A DNA stretch of 63,446 bases, the filler included. It is 5 parts of 5 records of this genome, joined end to end, with 100 filler letters (N's around TTAATTAATTAA, not from the genome) between each part and the next. Parts side by side here need not be neighbours in the genome. Positions count along the whole stretch, not along the records: positions 25,484 to 36,976 come from SRR31156797_5727; positions 37,077 to 46,509 come from SRR31156797_5731; 3 more parts are not named here. One strand, given 5' to 3'. The notes under the pieces are model-generated. The model saw nothing but the letters and a program-made list of their open reading frames with translations, was not told where the DNA came from and ran no database searches. Within the stretch, counting starts at the first letter, position 1. Every line of letters starts with the position of its first letter. Positions 30,996 through 40,560 of this stretch are shown piece after piece. The position numbers and the translations under genes are program-made.

Positions 30996-32028
30996 AACAT
31001 CACTTTTCGGAAAAACCCTCTCTGAACTCCAGGATATAGTTATAGAACTTGGCCTGCCAAAATTCACGGCTAAGCAAATTGCACAGTGGCTTTATCAAAA
31101 GAACATCACCTCTTTTGAGGAGATGACAAATCTCTCGAAAACTGCAAGAACGCAATTGGCTGAGCATTATGAGTTGGGGTTAACGCCTCACTCAAAAGTA
31201 CAGGAATCGGTGGATGGAACCAAAAAATACCTCTACCCCACCGGAAAACTTCAATTTATCGAATCAGCCTATATCCCTGACCAAACACGCAAAACATTAT
31301 GTGTTTCATCACAGGTAGGATGCAAAATGGGATGCTTGTTCTGCATGACCGGAAAACAAGGCTTTCAGGCTAATCTTACGGCCGGCCAGATCGTAAACCA
31401 GGTGCATAGCCTTCCTGAAAAAGATGAACTCACCAATGTTGTTTACATGGGTATGGGTGAACCTTTCGATAACCTGGATGAAGTGCTGAAAAGCCTCGAA
31501 ATTTTCACTTCTGAATGGGGATATGGCTGGAGCCCGAAACGAATCACCGTTTCAACAATCGGCATTATTCCGGCTATCGAAAAATTCCTTGATTCCAGCC
31601 AGTGCCATCTTGCAGTTAGTTTACACACACCTTTTGAAGAAGAACGTAAAAAGCTCATGCCCATCGAAAATGTGTATGCCCTTCCCGATGTTATCAAGAC
31701 GATCCGTGATTTCGATTTTGGCAGGCAACGCAGGATTTCTTTCGAGTACATTATGTTTAAAGGTTACAACGACACTCCAAAACATGTAAAGGAACTGGCC
31801 AGGATATTAAATGGCATCCGTTGCAGGATTAACCTGATCAGGTTCCATCCTATTCCGGGAACGCCGCTGGAAGGGGCCGATGATGCCACCATGGAAAAAT
31901 TTATGATAGCACTTAACGATAAAGGAATCAGAACCACAATCAGGGCCTCGCGCGGAGAAGACATTTACGCTGCTTGTGGATTGCTTTCGACCAAAGAACT
32001 GGTAAAACAGGAAAATCCGGATTATTGA
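30988..32028 (+). CDS. rlmN: 23S rRNA/tRNA m2A methyltransferase RlmN
   Basis: CVSSQVGCKMGCLFC radical SAM motif, MGMGEP, DIYAACGLL. Confidence 0.97.
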   Translation: MNKTSLFGKTLSELQDIVIELGLPKFTAKQIAQWLYQKNITSFEEMTNLSKTARTQLAEHYELGLTPHSKVQESVDGTKKYLYPTGKLQFIESAYIPDQTRKTLCVSSQVGCKMGCLFCMTGKQGFQANLTAGQIVNQVHSLPEKDELTNVVYMGMGEPFDNLDEVLKSLEIFTSEWGYGWSPKRITVSTIGIIPAIEKFLDSSQCHLAVSLHTPFEEERKKLMPIENVYALPDVIKTIRDFDFGRQRRISFEYIMFKGYNDTPKHVKELARILNGIRCRINLIRFHPIPGTPLEGADDATMEKFMIALNDKGIRTTIRASRGEDIYAACGLLSTKELVKQENPDY

Positions 32029-32495
32029 TTATGATATGGCTCATTACGAATTATTGTAAAAGCCCGGTAAAGTTGCTCCAAAAAGATTACCCTGACCAGT
32101 TGATGCGAGTATGTCATTTTTGATAATGAAATTTTCGCATCGGCCAACTTGTATACATCCTCTGAAAACCCATAAGCACCACCCACAATGAAATTCAGAT
32201 TTTTATTGCCGGTGTTTAACTGTTGTTGCAAAAAGGTTGCAAATCCAACCGAATTAAAGGTTTTACCATTTTCATCCAGTAAAATATTTATACTACGCTC
32301 CCCAGTTTTTTTAAGGATGAGTTGCCCTTCCTTTTTCTTAAAATCCTCAGCGCCCAGGTTTCTGGAATTCTTCAATGCTGGAATTACAATTTCCTGGAAT
32401 GGAGCATATTTTCGAATTCTTAAGGCAAACTCCTGAATTCCAGCGGCAGTAAATGTTTGTGTAGTCTTACCAACCAATATCAACCTGATCTTCAT
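32022..32495 (-). CDS. rlmH: 23S rRNA m3Psi1915 methyltransferase
   Basis: MKIRLILVGK, GGAYG, SHQLVRV, EQLYRA, EPYH. Confidence 0.97.
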   Translation of the reverse strand: MKIRLILVGKTTQTFTAAGIQEFALRIRKYAPFQEIVIPALKNSRNLGAEDFKKKEGQLILKKTGERSINILLDENGKTFNSVGFATFLQQQLNTGNKNLNFIVGGAYGFSEDVYKLADAKISLSKMTYSHQLVRVIFLEQLYRAFTIIRNEPYHNQ

Positions 32496-32608
32496 AATTA
32501 CTAGTTTGGCATAAATTCTGAATGAATATGTCGATACCCAATTTAATGAATGGCAAAAAATTTTAACTTTGCGCTATTGGGCAAAACTAAAGAAAACATT
32601 CAAACATC

Positions 32609-33019
32609 GTGAAACCAACCAGAGCAGGCATTCTTTTCATTGTTTTTTCAATCCATATCGGAATTCTGGCAACAGCAGCACAAGCGCAGGATGCCACCGC
32701 TGTAGATCAAATTACCAAAGCCCTAAGCACAGGGAATGCATCAAAACTTGCCGCCCACCTGAATGCTTCCATCGACCTGGCATTACCTAATTACGAAGGC
32801 ACTTACAGTAAAAAACAGGCTGAGCAGATTTTAAAAATGTTTTTTTCAAAAAACCCTGCAAAAAGTTTCAGCCTGGAACATTCCGGGAACTCAAACAACG
32901 GCTCAACATACCTCATAGGATCCTACAAAAGCAGTGCAGATAAGGTGTTTCAGGTATATTTACTGATTAAGGAACGCAATGGTTCAGCGCTCATCCAGCA
33001 ACTTCAGTTTGAAGAATAA
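32609..33019 (+). CDS. DUF4783-like secreted protein
   Basis: Signal peptide; ALSTGNASKLA..YSKKQAEQILKMFF pattern. Confidence 0.7.
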   Translation: MKPTRAGILFIVFSIHIGILATAAQAQDATAVDQITKALSTGNASKLAAHLNASIDLALPNYEGTYSKKQAEQILKMFFSKNPAKSFSLEHSGNSNNGSTYLIGSYKSSADKVFQVYLLIKERNGSALIQQLQFEE

Positions 33020-33031
33020 TAAGTGATTGTC

Positions 33032-34042
33032 CTAAAATTCGATTAGCTGTCCCTGCTCAGGGATGATAAATTTCACACCCAGTTTGTTTCCTGTCAAAAG
33101 CTGTTTGTAAATCAGATATTTATTATCACCACCCTCCTTCCAGGATGGTTTGATGCCCGTTACAATTATGGGCAAACCGGCAATTGCATCCTGTGCATTT
33201 TCCGGATTTGTTATGCGGGCCAAATGCCCCAACTCCCTAAGCATCCATTTTGGATTGAGGTGTCCGTATAAACTGATGTCAGGTCTGTCGTCAGAATACG
33301 AACATTCAAGGAACATGCCACTCAGTTTATTTTCACGAATTAACGGAGCAACTTCGCGCCAAAGGTTTTCAAGGTTTTGAGTACCTTCCAGTTCATCAGC
33401 TCCGGTATCGCCAATGTAAAGCACATAGTCCCCCAGGTATTCAATCAGGAAAGCTGTTGAATGAGAAGGTTCCTGATGACTGAGTGGAAAAGCCTGCACC
33501 ATAAAGCGGGTTCCTTCTACTTTTTGAACATGTCCGGGGTGCAATGTTTTATACTCGAAAATATTCAGGCGCATCCCTTCGCCATCGTCGGCAAAATTTG
33601 GCCAGGCTTCCCAGTTAAATATGTGGTTTTTCAGGTACTCGATTGTTGTGGAAGTCCCGTAAATGGGTTTTATGGTACTCGCCGGCGAGGTAATTACCAG
33701 GCCTGAAATATGATCGAGGTGTGCATGAGAAATAATGTAACCGTGTATCAGTTCTCTGAAAATATATCCGGCTTTGGACGCCTCACTTTCAGCCGGAACA
33801 AAAACATCATAAAAGTTACCGGCTCTTACAGCTTGCTCAATGCCTGTATAAACCGTACCCGCATCCAGGCAAATAAAATCATTCGATTTTACCGGAGCCA
33901 GAAGGTATGAAGTAAGGTTATTTTCCTCTATGCCACCGCTGGAGCCCAAAACCACCGTTTTGAAAACCTGTCCCGCCATGGTTGTTGCATACATCAGCAA
34001 CATCATACCAATCAAAAATCTAAAAATCAGCTTCTCATTCAT
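33032..34042 (-). CDS. Class II 3',5'-cyclic nucleotide phosphodiesterase (CpdP-like), exported
   Basis: LGSSGG, LDAG, SHAHLDH, FNWEAWPNF, GDTG, ECSY, YGHL; N-terminal signal. Confidence 0.88.
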   Translation of the reverse strand: MNEKLIFRFLIGMMLLMYATTMAGQVFKTVVLGSSGGIEENNLTSYLLAPVKSNDFICLDAGTVYTGIEQAVRAGNFYDVFVPAESEASKAGYIFRELIHGYIISHAHLDHISGLVITSPASTIKPIYGTSTTIEYLKNHIFNWEAWPNFADDGEGMRLNIFEYKTLHPGHVQKVEGTRFMVQAFPLSHQEPSHSTAFLIEYLGDYVLYIGDTGADELEGTQNLENLWREVAPLIRENKLSGMFLECSYSDDRPDISLYGHLNPKWMLRELGHLARITNPENAQDAIAGLPIIVTGIKPSWKEGGDNKYLIYKQLLTGNKLGVKFIIPEQGQLIEF

Positions 34043-34392
34043 TATAATATCATTTTTAACGATGCCAAAGTTAGGTTTTTATCTTCCCAAAAAAAATTGA
34101 AATCCTGCCAGATCCGGAATTCAAAACGGGAAAATTTCTGTTTATCTTTTTTTTGAGAATCCCAAACGAAAGCATGGAAATATAAATTTTAGCTTCCTGA
34201 TAATTCCTGCAACGTTGTTTATAACTCTTTGGCTTTTTGCCTTAAAACAGGCTTTATCATTGGTAATAAAATAGAAATCAATCTAAATTACTTCTAAATT
34301 TTCACGGTTGATATTATTCTGTTTGCTGAGTAACAAATAATTCTATTTTTGCGCTGAGTTAATCAAAATCTTACAATAAACAATTGTGACGT

Positions 34393-36858
34393 ATGAAGAA
34401 AACACTTACCATTTTTGCCACAGCATTAATGCCAGCCTTTGCTTTTGCCAGCGAGGCCGATCTTAAAATCCCGGATGGGATACAAAACGAACCATTACTC
34501 TATTGGGGGTTTCTAATCACATTTGCAGGGTTCATGTTTGGCCTTTATCAATTTATGAAGGTTAAAAAAATCAGGGCCCATAAGTCGATGCTTGATGTTG
34601 CCCATGTGATTTATGAAACGGGCAAAACCTATCTTATTCAGCAGGGCAAGTTCTTAGCCATCCTGTTTTTATTTATTGGTGCCGCAGTAGCTTTTTATTT
34701 TGGTTTTCTGTCGCAACATGAAGTGCTTGATGAAGTGACAGGTGAGACCGTGATGGTGAATGCTTTTGGTATCGGAGGCGTTCTGATGATTTTAGGTTGG
34801 ACCGTTGTTGGTATATTGGGTAGTTATAGTGTGGCCTGGTTTGGTATCAGGATGAATACTTTAGCCAACTCAAGAATGGCATTTGCCTCCCTCGAAAGAA
34901 AACCAATCAAACTTTTAAATATTCCTTTGAATGCAGGTATGAGCATCGGTGTTGTACTCATTTCACTGGAGCTCATCATGATGCTTATTATTTTGATGTT
35001 TGTACCAGGCGAATATGCAGGAGCGAGTTTTATTGGCTTTGCTATTGGTGAATCACTGGGAGCTTCAGCCCTGAGAATTGCAGGTGGTATTTTTACAAAG
35101 ATTGCTGATATCGGATCAGACCTCATGAAAGTGATTTTTAAGATTGGGGAAGATGATCCACGAAATCCCGGTACCATCGCTGACTGTGTGGGTGATAATG
35201 CCGGGGACAGTGTTGGTCCAACCGCTGATGGATTTGAAACTTACGGTGTAACAGGAGTTGCGCTTATCTCATTTATTGTTCTTGCAGTCGCCAATGTAGA
35301 TTTGCAGGTGCAGCTGCTCACATGGATATTCCTGATGCGTATTTTGATGATCATAACTTCGGTAGTTTCATTTTGGATTAATGGAGCAATTACAAAAGCA
35401 AAATATCAAAATGCTGATGAACTTGACTTTGAAAAACCACTTACCTCACTGGTGTGGATCACTTCGATACTTTCGATCGTTGTTACTTTTGTTATCAGCT
35501 ACTTTACCATTGGTGATTTAGCGGGTAATATGTGGATCACCCTCTCGGTAATCATTAGTGCAGGTACTTTGGGCGCCGCTCTTATCCCGGAATTTACCAA
35601 GCTGTTTACCAGTCCTAAATCAATACATGTACAAGAAGTTGTAGAAGCCTCCAAAAAAGGCGGTGCATCACTGAATATCCTTTCAGGCCTGGTGGCCGGT
35701 AATTTCAGCGCATTCTGGAAAGGCATGGTATTTTTCCTTTTGATGTTTGTTGCCTATTACGCCAGCACCTATGGGTTGGGAGACGTGATGATTTATCCAT
35801 CCATTTTCGCATTTGGACTGGTTGCTTTCGGTATGCTGGGCATGGGGCCTGTAACCATTGCGGTTGACAGCTATGGCCCTGTAACCGATAATGCACAATC
35901 GATCTATGAGCTATCATTGATCGAAGAAACAGAAGGTGTGGATGCGGAAATTGAACGTGATTTCGGTTTCAAGCCGGATTATGAAAAATCAAAATATTAC
36001 CTGGAAGCCAACGATGGTGCCGGTAATACCTTTAAGGCAACTGCCAAACCTGTGCTGATTGGTACCGCTGTTGTGGGTGCCACAACGATGATCTTCTCAC
36101 TCATCCTGGTGATACAAAAAACACTGGGCGTTGAACCTGAGGCCATTCTCAACCTGCTTAATCCATATTCAATTTTAGGATTCTTATTGGGTGGTGCTGT
36201 GATTTACTGGTTTACCGGAGCGTCCATTCAGGCTGTTACAACAGGAGCCGGACGTGCTGTTGAATTCATCAAGAAAAACATCAACCTCGATCCCAACGCG
36301 CCTAAAAAAGCTGACGTGGAAAAATCGAGGGCAGTGGTGAAAATTTGTACCGTGTATGCTCAAAAAGGGATGTGGAATATATTTATCGCCATCTTCTCTT
36401 TTGCCCTTGCTTTTGCATTTTTAGCTTCACCTTCCGGACTTACCGGTGATATGACCAATCCGCTTGATATTCTTGAGGCCAGCAAGCCGGTTTCCCTGTT
36501 TGTTGGTTACCTGCTTTCAATAGCGTTCTTCGGGCTATTCCAGGCTGTGTTTATGGCCAACGCCGGCGGTGCATGGGATAATGCCAAGAAGGTGGTAGAA
36601 GTGGATATGCAGGAAAAAGGGACTCCGCTTCACGAGGCTGCTGTGGTAGGTGATACCGTTGGTGATCCATTTAAAGATACTTCTTCAGTAGCGCTAAATC
36701 CAATCATTAAATTCACCACATTGTTTGGATTACTTGCCATGGAAATTGCTCTAGCAGAACATTTCCGTCCTATTGCACCTTATGTAGGATTAGGATTTCT
36801 TGTTGTTGCATTGTATTTTGTTTACCGTTCATTTTATAAGATGCGGATTAACGAATAA
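34393..36858 (+). CDS. hppA: Membrane-integral pyrophosphatase (divergent, K+-independent type)
   Basis: GGIFTKIADIGSDL, EDDPRNP..IADCVGDNAGD, DSYGPVTDNA, GNTFKA, GGAWDNAKK, GDTVGDPFKD. Confidence 0.95.
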   Translation: MKKTLTIFATALMPAFAFASEADLKIPDGIQNEPLLYWGFLITFAGFMFGLYQFMKVKKIRAHKSMLDVAHVIYETGKTYLIQQGKFLAILFLFIGAAVAFYFGFLSQHEVLDEVTGETVMVNAFGIGGVLMILGWTVVGILGSYSVAWFGIRMNTLANSRMAFASLERKPIKLLNIPLNAGMSIGVVLISLELIMMLIILMFVPGEYAGASFIGFAIGESLGASALRIAGGIFTKIADIGSDLMKVIFKIGEDDPRNPGTIADCVGDNAGDSVGPTADGFETYGVTGVALISFIVLAVANVDLQVQLLTWIFLMRILMIITSVVSFWINGAITKAKYQNADELDFEKPLTSLVWITSILSIVVTFVISYFTIGDLAGNMWITLSVIISAGTLGAALIPEFTKLFTSPKSIHVQEVVEASKKGGASLNILSGLVAGNFSAFWKGMVFFLLMFVAYYASTYGLGDVMIYPSIFAFGLVAFGMLGMGPVTIAVDSYGPVTDNAQSIYELSLIEETEGVDAEIERDFGFKPDYEKSKYYLEANDGAGNTFKATAKPVLIGTAVVGATTMIFSLILVIQKTLGVEPEAILNLLNPYSILGFLLGGAVIYWFTGASIQAVTTGAGRAVEFIKKNINLDPNAPKKADVEKSRAVVKICTVYAQKGMWNIFIAIFSFALAFAFLASPSGLTGDMTNPLDILEASKPVSLFVGYLLSIAFFGLFQAVFMANAGGAWDNAKKVVEVDMQEKGTPLHEAAVVGDTVGDPFKDTSSVALNPIIKFTTLFGLLAMEIALAEHFRPIAPYVGLGFLVVALYFVYRSFYKMRINE

Positions 36859-36877
36859 GAACTTTAATATTTCAGAT

Positions 36878-36919
36878 AAAATAAAAGGCCGGCTCAAAAT
36901 TGAGCCGGCCTTTTATTTT
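36878..36919. terminator. Bidirectional Rho-independent terminator
   Basis: AAAATAAAAGGCCGGCTCAA-aa-TTGAGCCGGCCTTTTATTTT. Confidence 0.9.
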
Positions 36920-36976
36920 TATACGATCGGAAATCCTTATTTAGTTGCCCCTTAACAACACCTCTTGAATAGCATT

Positions 36977-37076
36977 NNNNNNNNNNNNNNNNNNNNNNNN
37001 NNNNNNNNNNNNNNNNNNNNTTAATTAATTAANNNNNNNNNNNNNNNNNNNNNNNNNNNNNNNNNNNNNNNNNNNN
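36977..37076. other. Artificial contig linker
   Basis: 44 N + TTAATTAATTAA + 44 N. Confidence 0.99.
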
Positions 37077-37101
37077 TCCCAGGCAGGAGCCTGGGAACGA
37101 G
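37077..37101. repeat. REP-like palindrome at the contig start
   Basis: TCCCAGGC-agga-GCCTGGGA-ACGAG. Confidence 0.55.
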
Positions 37102-37184
37102 AAGAACTGAGGTTGCTATCTTATGTCCTATTAAAAAATTACCGGGTGATTGCGCTCGGGGGGAGAGATGCTTCCCCCGATTTT

Positions 37185-38600
37185 TTATTTCTCCGGGGCT
37201 TTATAGTGAAGGCTCGCCTCCAGATCGGCGACGAAACAGGGAATCCCCTGTTCATTTAAAGACTTTTCTCCACGCGGCGTTGTTATAATGGTTCCTCCCT
37301 TGCCGGTGACAAGTCCGTCTATCATAATTTTTTCACCACCGGCAACGGTAAGAAGAGCTTTCTGGCTGTCCGGATCGGCGACTACAAGATCCGCGTCCGC
37401 CCCTTCTTTTAGATGTCCCTTATTGAACAGACCAAGCATTTTTGCTGGAATAAAGCTGGACTTGTAAATGAATTCCGAAAGAGTCAAGGCGTTAAATCTT
37501 ACCAGGCTCAAACCGTGGCTAAGCAGGAAATTTCTGGGGATGGCGCCTCCGTCCGTGCTTAGGGCCGTAACAATAAATTCGCCCTTTTCGTCTTTTTCAG
37601 TTGCGGTCAAAAACGCGGTAGAGCGGCGGTTAACCGGAAACGAGACGGTTGTCATAAAACCGCATTCCCGCAGATAAGCGGCGCCCTGTTGGGGTTCCAG
37701 GTAGTCGACTCCGTGCGGCGAGTCTTTTTGCACCTTCATGTAACCGTCGGAAGCAGCAGCCAAAAGCCCCTTGTCGCTGACTTCATAACCGCCTTTTTCA
37801 AGGCACGTCCGGGTGACGTGACTTCGCGGCACGCCGTCTTCCAAGGCGGCAAAAGTTCCATTAAAAGGCCCCATGTGCGACTCGCTGATCAACCAGGGCC
37901 GCGCCGCCAATTCCTTAAGCGCGATCATGGTTTCCGTGACCGGGGAGCCGTGAGTCAATCCCCGGCAGTAAGCATTAATGTGGCAAATCTGCATACGATT
38001 GTTTCCGGCCAACTCCAATGCTTCCAGCATCCCGTGAAGGTTGCTCCCGTTAACCGTGCTCCCGCAATGAAAGGCCGCGTAAGCCGTTGCTTCATTAACC
38101 ACTTCAATGGCGGCGGCGATTGTTTCCGGAGTTAACGGCAAATGCCCGCCCAATATTTTAAAGCCAAAGGCCCCGTCCTCCAGAGACTTGTTCAAAAAGC
38201 CTGCAAGCTCTTTTTTATCCGCTTCAGGTCCGCTTATGGTTACGCCCGGGTCGAGGCGATTGAGCGCGGCCACGCTGATTCCCGATCCGTATATTGCCAT
38301 GCCTTCCAAAATATCGCCGATCAGTCCGGCGCAATCCAATGCGCAGGTGACGCCGGCCCGGGCCAGCATCTGAAAGCCAACCGCTCGAAATGCAGGAGTC
38401 AAATGGACGTGGGTGTCGACCAATCCGGGGAAGACGTATTTCCCCCCGGCATCATAAATTTCACGGGCCGAATCGTCGGCTATTTCATTATCCACCCTGG
38501 CGACCCTGCCGTCGGCCAGGCCGATATCGTAATACCCTTCGCGTCCCGATCCCGGGTCCACAAGCCAACCGTTCCTGATAAGGAGATCGTATTTAGTCAT
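37185..38600 (-). CDS. Metal-dependent amidohydrolase (dihydroorotase/D-aminoacylase-like), substrate unknown
   Basis: YDLLIRNGWLVDP, PGLVDTHVH, FKILGGH, ICHIN, STDGG, KGHLKEGADAD; start reset to MTKY. Confidence 0.88.
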   Translation of the reverse strand: MTKYDLLIRNGWLVDPGSGREGYYDIGLADGRVARVDNEIADDSAREIYDAGGKYVFPGLVDTHVHLTPAFRAVGFQMLARAGVTCALDCAGLIGDILEGMAIYGSGISVAALNRLDPGVTISGPEADKKELAGFLNKSLEDGAFGFKILGGHLPLTPETIAAAIEVVNEATAYAAFHCGSTVNGSNLHGMLEALELAGNNRMQICHINAYCRGLTHGSPVTETMIALKELAARPWLISESHMGPFNGTFAALEDGVPRSHVTRTCLEKGGYEVSDKGLLAAASDGYMKVQKDSPHGVDYLEPQQGAAYLRECGFMTTVSFPVNRRSTAFLTATEKDEKGEFIVTALSTDGGAIPRNFLLSHGLSLVRFNALTLSEFIYKSSFIPAKMLGLFNKGHLKEGADADLVVADPDSQKALLTVAGGEKIMIDGLVTGKGGTIITTPRGEKSLNEQGIPCFVADLEASLHYKAPEK

Positions 38601-38623
38601 TAGCACTACCTTGATAGATACAG

Positions 38624-39565
38624 TTAATTGTTTTTCTTTTTTCGTCCTAGGGCGGCCCGCGGATCGAAAATGTCTCTCAGCGAATCGCCGACCATGTTGA
38701 ACGCCAACACGGTAAAGGTTAAAGCCAACCCCGGAAAAAGGGATATCCAGCGGCTCTGGAGTATATTGTCCACCCCGTCGCGGATAAGGTTCCCCCAACT
38801 CGGCGCGGGCGGTTGAATACCGAATCCCAGGAAGCTTAGCGAGGCTTCCATGCGAATAGCTCCGGCGATGCTGAGCGTGGCCATGATAATTATGGGCCCG
38901 ATAACATTAGGCAGTATGTGGCTGAATGCTATCCTCAAATCGCCCGCGCCCAGAGCCCTGGAAGCGCTTATAAAATCAAGATTTCTCAGCGTCAGGGCCG
39001 GTCCCCGGGCAAGTCTAATGAACTGAGGCACATAAGCCAGGCCTATGCCGACAACTACTTTAAACAATCCCGGACCGAGCAGCGTCACCACCATCAGTCC
39101 CAACAGCAGCGATGGAAATGAAAGCATTATATCAACGAACCAGGTGACCATTCTGTCGACCCGTCCCAGTTTATAGCCTGCCAGTATGCCAATGGGCACG
39201 CCAAGAATCATGGCCGCCAAAATAGCCAGAACCCCCACCATCAAAGCCGGACGGGCCCCCCAAATTATCCTGCTGAGAATGTCCCGGCCGAACTCATCCG
39301 TTCCCAGCCAGTATTCCTTGCAAGGCCCCTTGAATCCGTCGATAATGTGTTGTTCGCTGTAAGAATATGGAGCTATCCACGGGGCCAGTATCGCCGTCGC
39401 CAGCAAGCCCACTATTATAAAAAAGCCGATAAAAGCTGTTTTATCCTGCTTAAGAATCCGCCAAACGTCCTTTATTATCCTGGCCCGCGAAGTATCGCCC
39501 GAGACATCCTGCCCGGCTGTTGTTAAAGGACTTTGCCCCGTCATCTCTTTACCGCCGTTACTCAT
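38624..39565 (-). CDS. Peptide/nickel-type ABC permease (DppC-like)
   Basis: LGTDEFGRDILSR, SHILPN, EASLSFLG, GDSLRD. Confidence 0.93.
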   Translation of the reverse strand: MSNGGKEMTGQSPLTTAGQDVSGDTSRARIIKDVWRILKQDKTAFIGFFIIVGLLATAILAPWIAPYSYSEQHIIDGFKGPCKEYWLGTDEFGRDILSRIIWGARPALMVGVLAILAAMILGVPIGILAGYKLGRVDRMVTWFVDIMLSFPSLLLGLMVVTLLGPGLFKVVVGIGLAYVPQFIRLARGPALTLRNLDFISASRALGAGDLRIAFSHILPNVIGPIIIMATLSIAGAIRMEASLSFLGFGIQPPAPSWGNLIRDGVDNILQSRWISLFPGLALTFTVLAFNMVGDSLRDIFDPRAALGRKKKNN

Positions 39566-40499
39566 ATTTTACTCTTGGATCGAACAGGGAATAAGTCAAG
39601 TCTACAATCAGGTTGACAAGCACCACGATGAAAGCAAAAACCACCAGGCCCGACTGGATCAGGTTGTAGTCTCTCTGGCTTATGGCGCCTAAAAGCAGCT
39701 TGCCCAGCCCGGGGCGGTTGAAAACCGTTTCCGTTAATATCGCTCCGCCCAGAATAGTGCCGGTATAGACGCCCATGGCGGTAATGACCGGAATCATGAT
39801 ATTTTTCAACACATGCTTGAAGTATACCGTGTTGGGCTTCAAACCCTTGGCAAACGCGGTGCGGACGTAATCCTCATTCATTGCTTCCAACATTGTGGAC
39901 CGGGTCAACCTGGTTACGTAGCTGGCCTGAATCAGGCCCAGGCTCATGGCCGGGAGAAAAAGCTTTTGAATATGTTCAGTCAAAGTCCCGGTTCTGACCT
40001 GGTGGATAACCGGAAACCATCCCAGTTCAAGTGAAAAAATCAACAGGAGTATAATTCCGAGATAAAAAGCGGGGAAGGAAAACCCGGCCAGCGCGACAAT
40101 GCGACTTATATAATCAACCGCGGTGTTTTTCTTGATCGCCGCCCACACGCCCAGCGGTATTCCAATAATAGCACCGATCAACATCGAAGCCATGGCCAGG
40201 TTGAATGTGTAAGGGAAAAGCTCCCAAATCTGGCCGGCGATAGGTTTGTTGGTTATCAGGGAGCGCCCCAGGTCGCCTTTAAGCAGGCTCGTAATGAATT
40301 CAAAATATTGAACGTATAATGGACGGTCCAGCCCCATCTCGTGCCGGAAAGCCTGCAGCGCTTCTTCCGTGGCGTATTCGCCCATGACAACCTGCGCCGG
40401 GTCCGAAGGGATAACCCGCATGGCAAAAAATACTATTGTGGCCACCGCCCACATTATCACCAGCGCGGATGCAATCCGCTTGATCAAATAAAACTTCAT
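39558..40499 (-). CDS. Peptide/nickel-type ABC permease (DppB-like)
   Basis: GLDRPLYVQY, GDLGRS, DYVRTAFAKG, QRDY, DPRV. Confidence 0.93.
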   Translation of the reverse strand: MKFYLIKRIASALVIMWAVATIVFFAMRVIPSDPAQVVMGEYATEEALQAFRHEMGLDRPLYVQYFEFITSLLKGDLGRSLITNKPIAGQIWELFPYTFNLAMASMLIGAIIGIPLGVWAAIKKNTAVDYISRIVALAGFSFPAFYLGIILLLIFSLELGWFPVIHQVRTGTLTEHIQKLFLPAMSLGLIQASYVTRLTRSTMLEAMNEDYVRTAFAKGLKPNTVYFKHVLKNIMIPVITAMGVYTGTILGGAILTETVFNRPGLGKLLLGAISQRDYNLIQSGLVVFAFIVVLVNLIVDLTYSLFDPRVKYE

Positions 40500-40519
40500 A
40501 CCATTTCCCTGGTAATGAG

Positions 40520-40544
40520 CGGACCGGGCTGAAAACCCGGTCCG
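40520..40544. other. Stem-loop after the substrate-binding gene (mRNA stabiliser or attenuator)
   Basis: CGGACCGGG-ctgaaaa-CCCGGTCCG. Confidence 0.6.
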
Positions 40545-40560
40545 TGACAACGCTAATTCA

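Noticed and set aside
27686..33019. Anti-phage defence island (TerB-like, HEPN-MNT, phosphodiesterase nearby)
   Set aside because: The genes are interspersed with housekeeping genes in mixed orientations, with no mobility or defence hallmarks.
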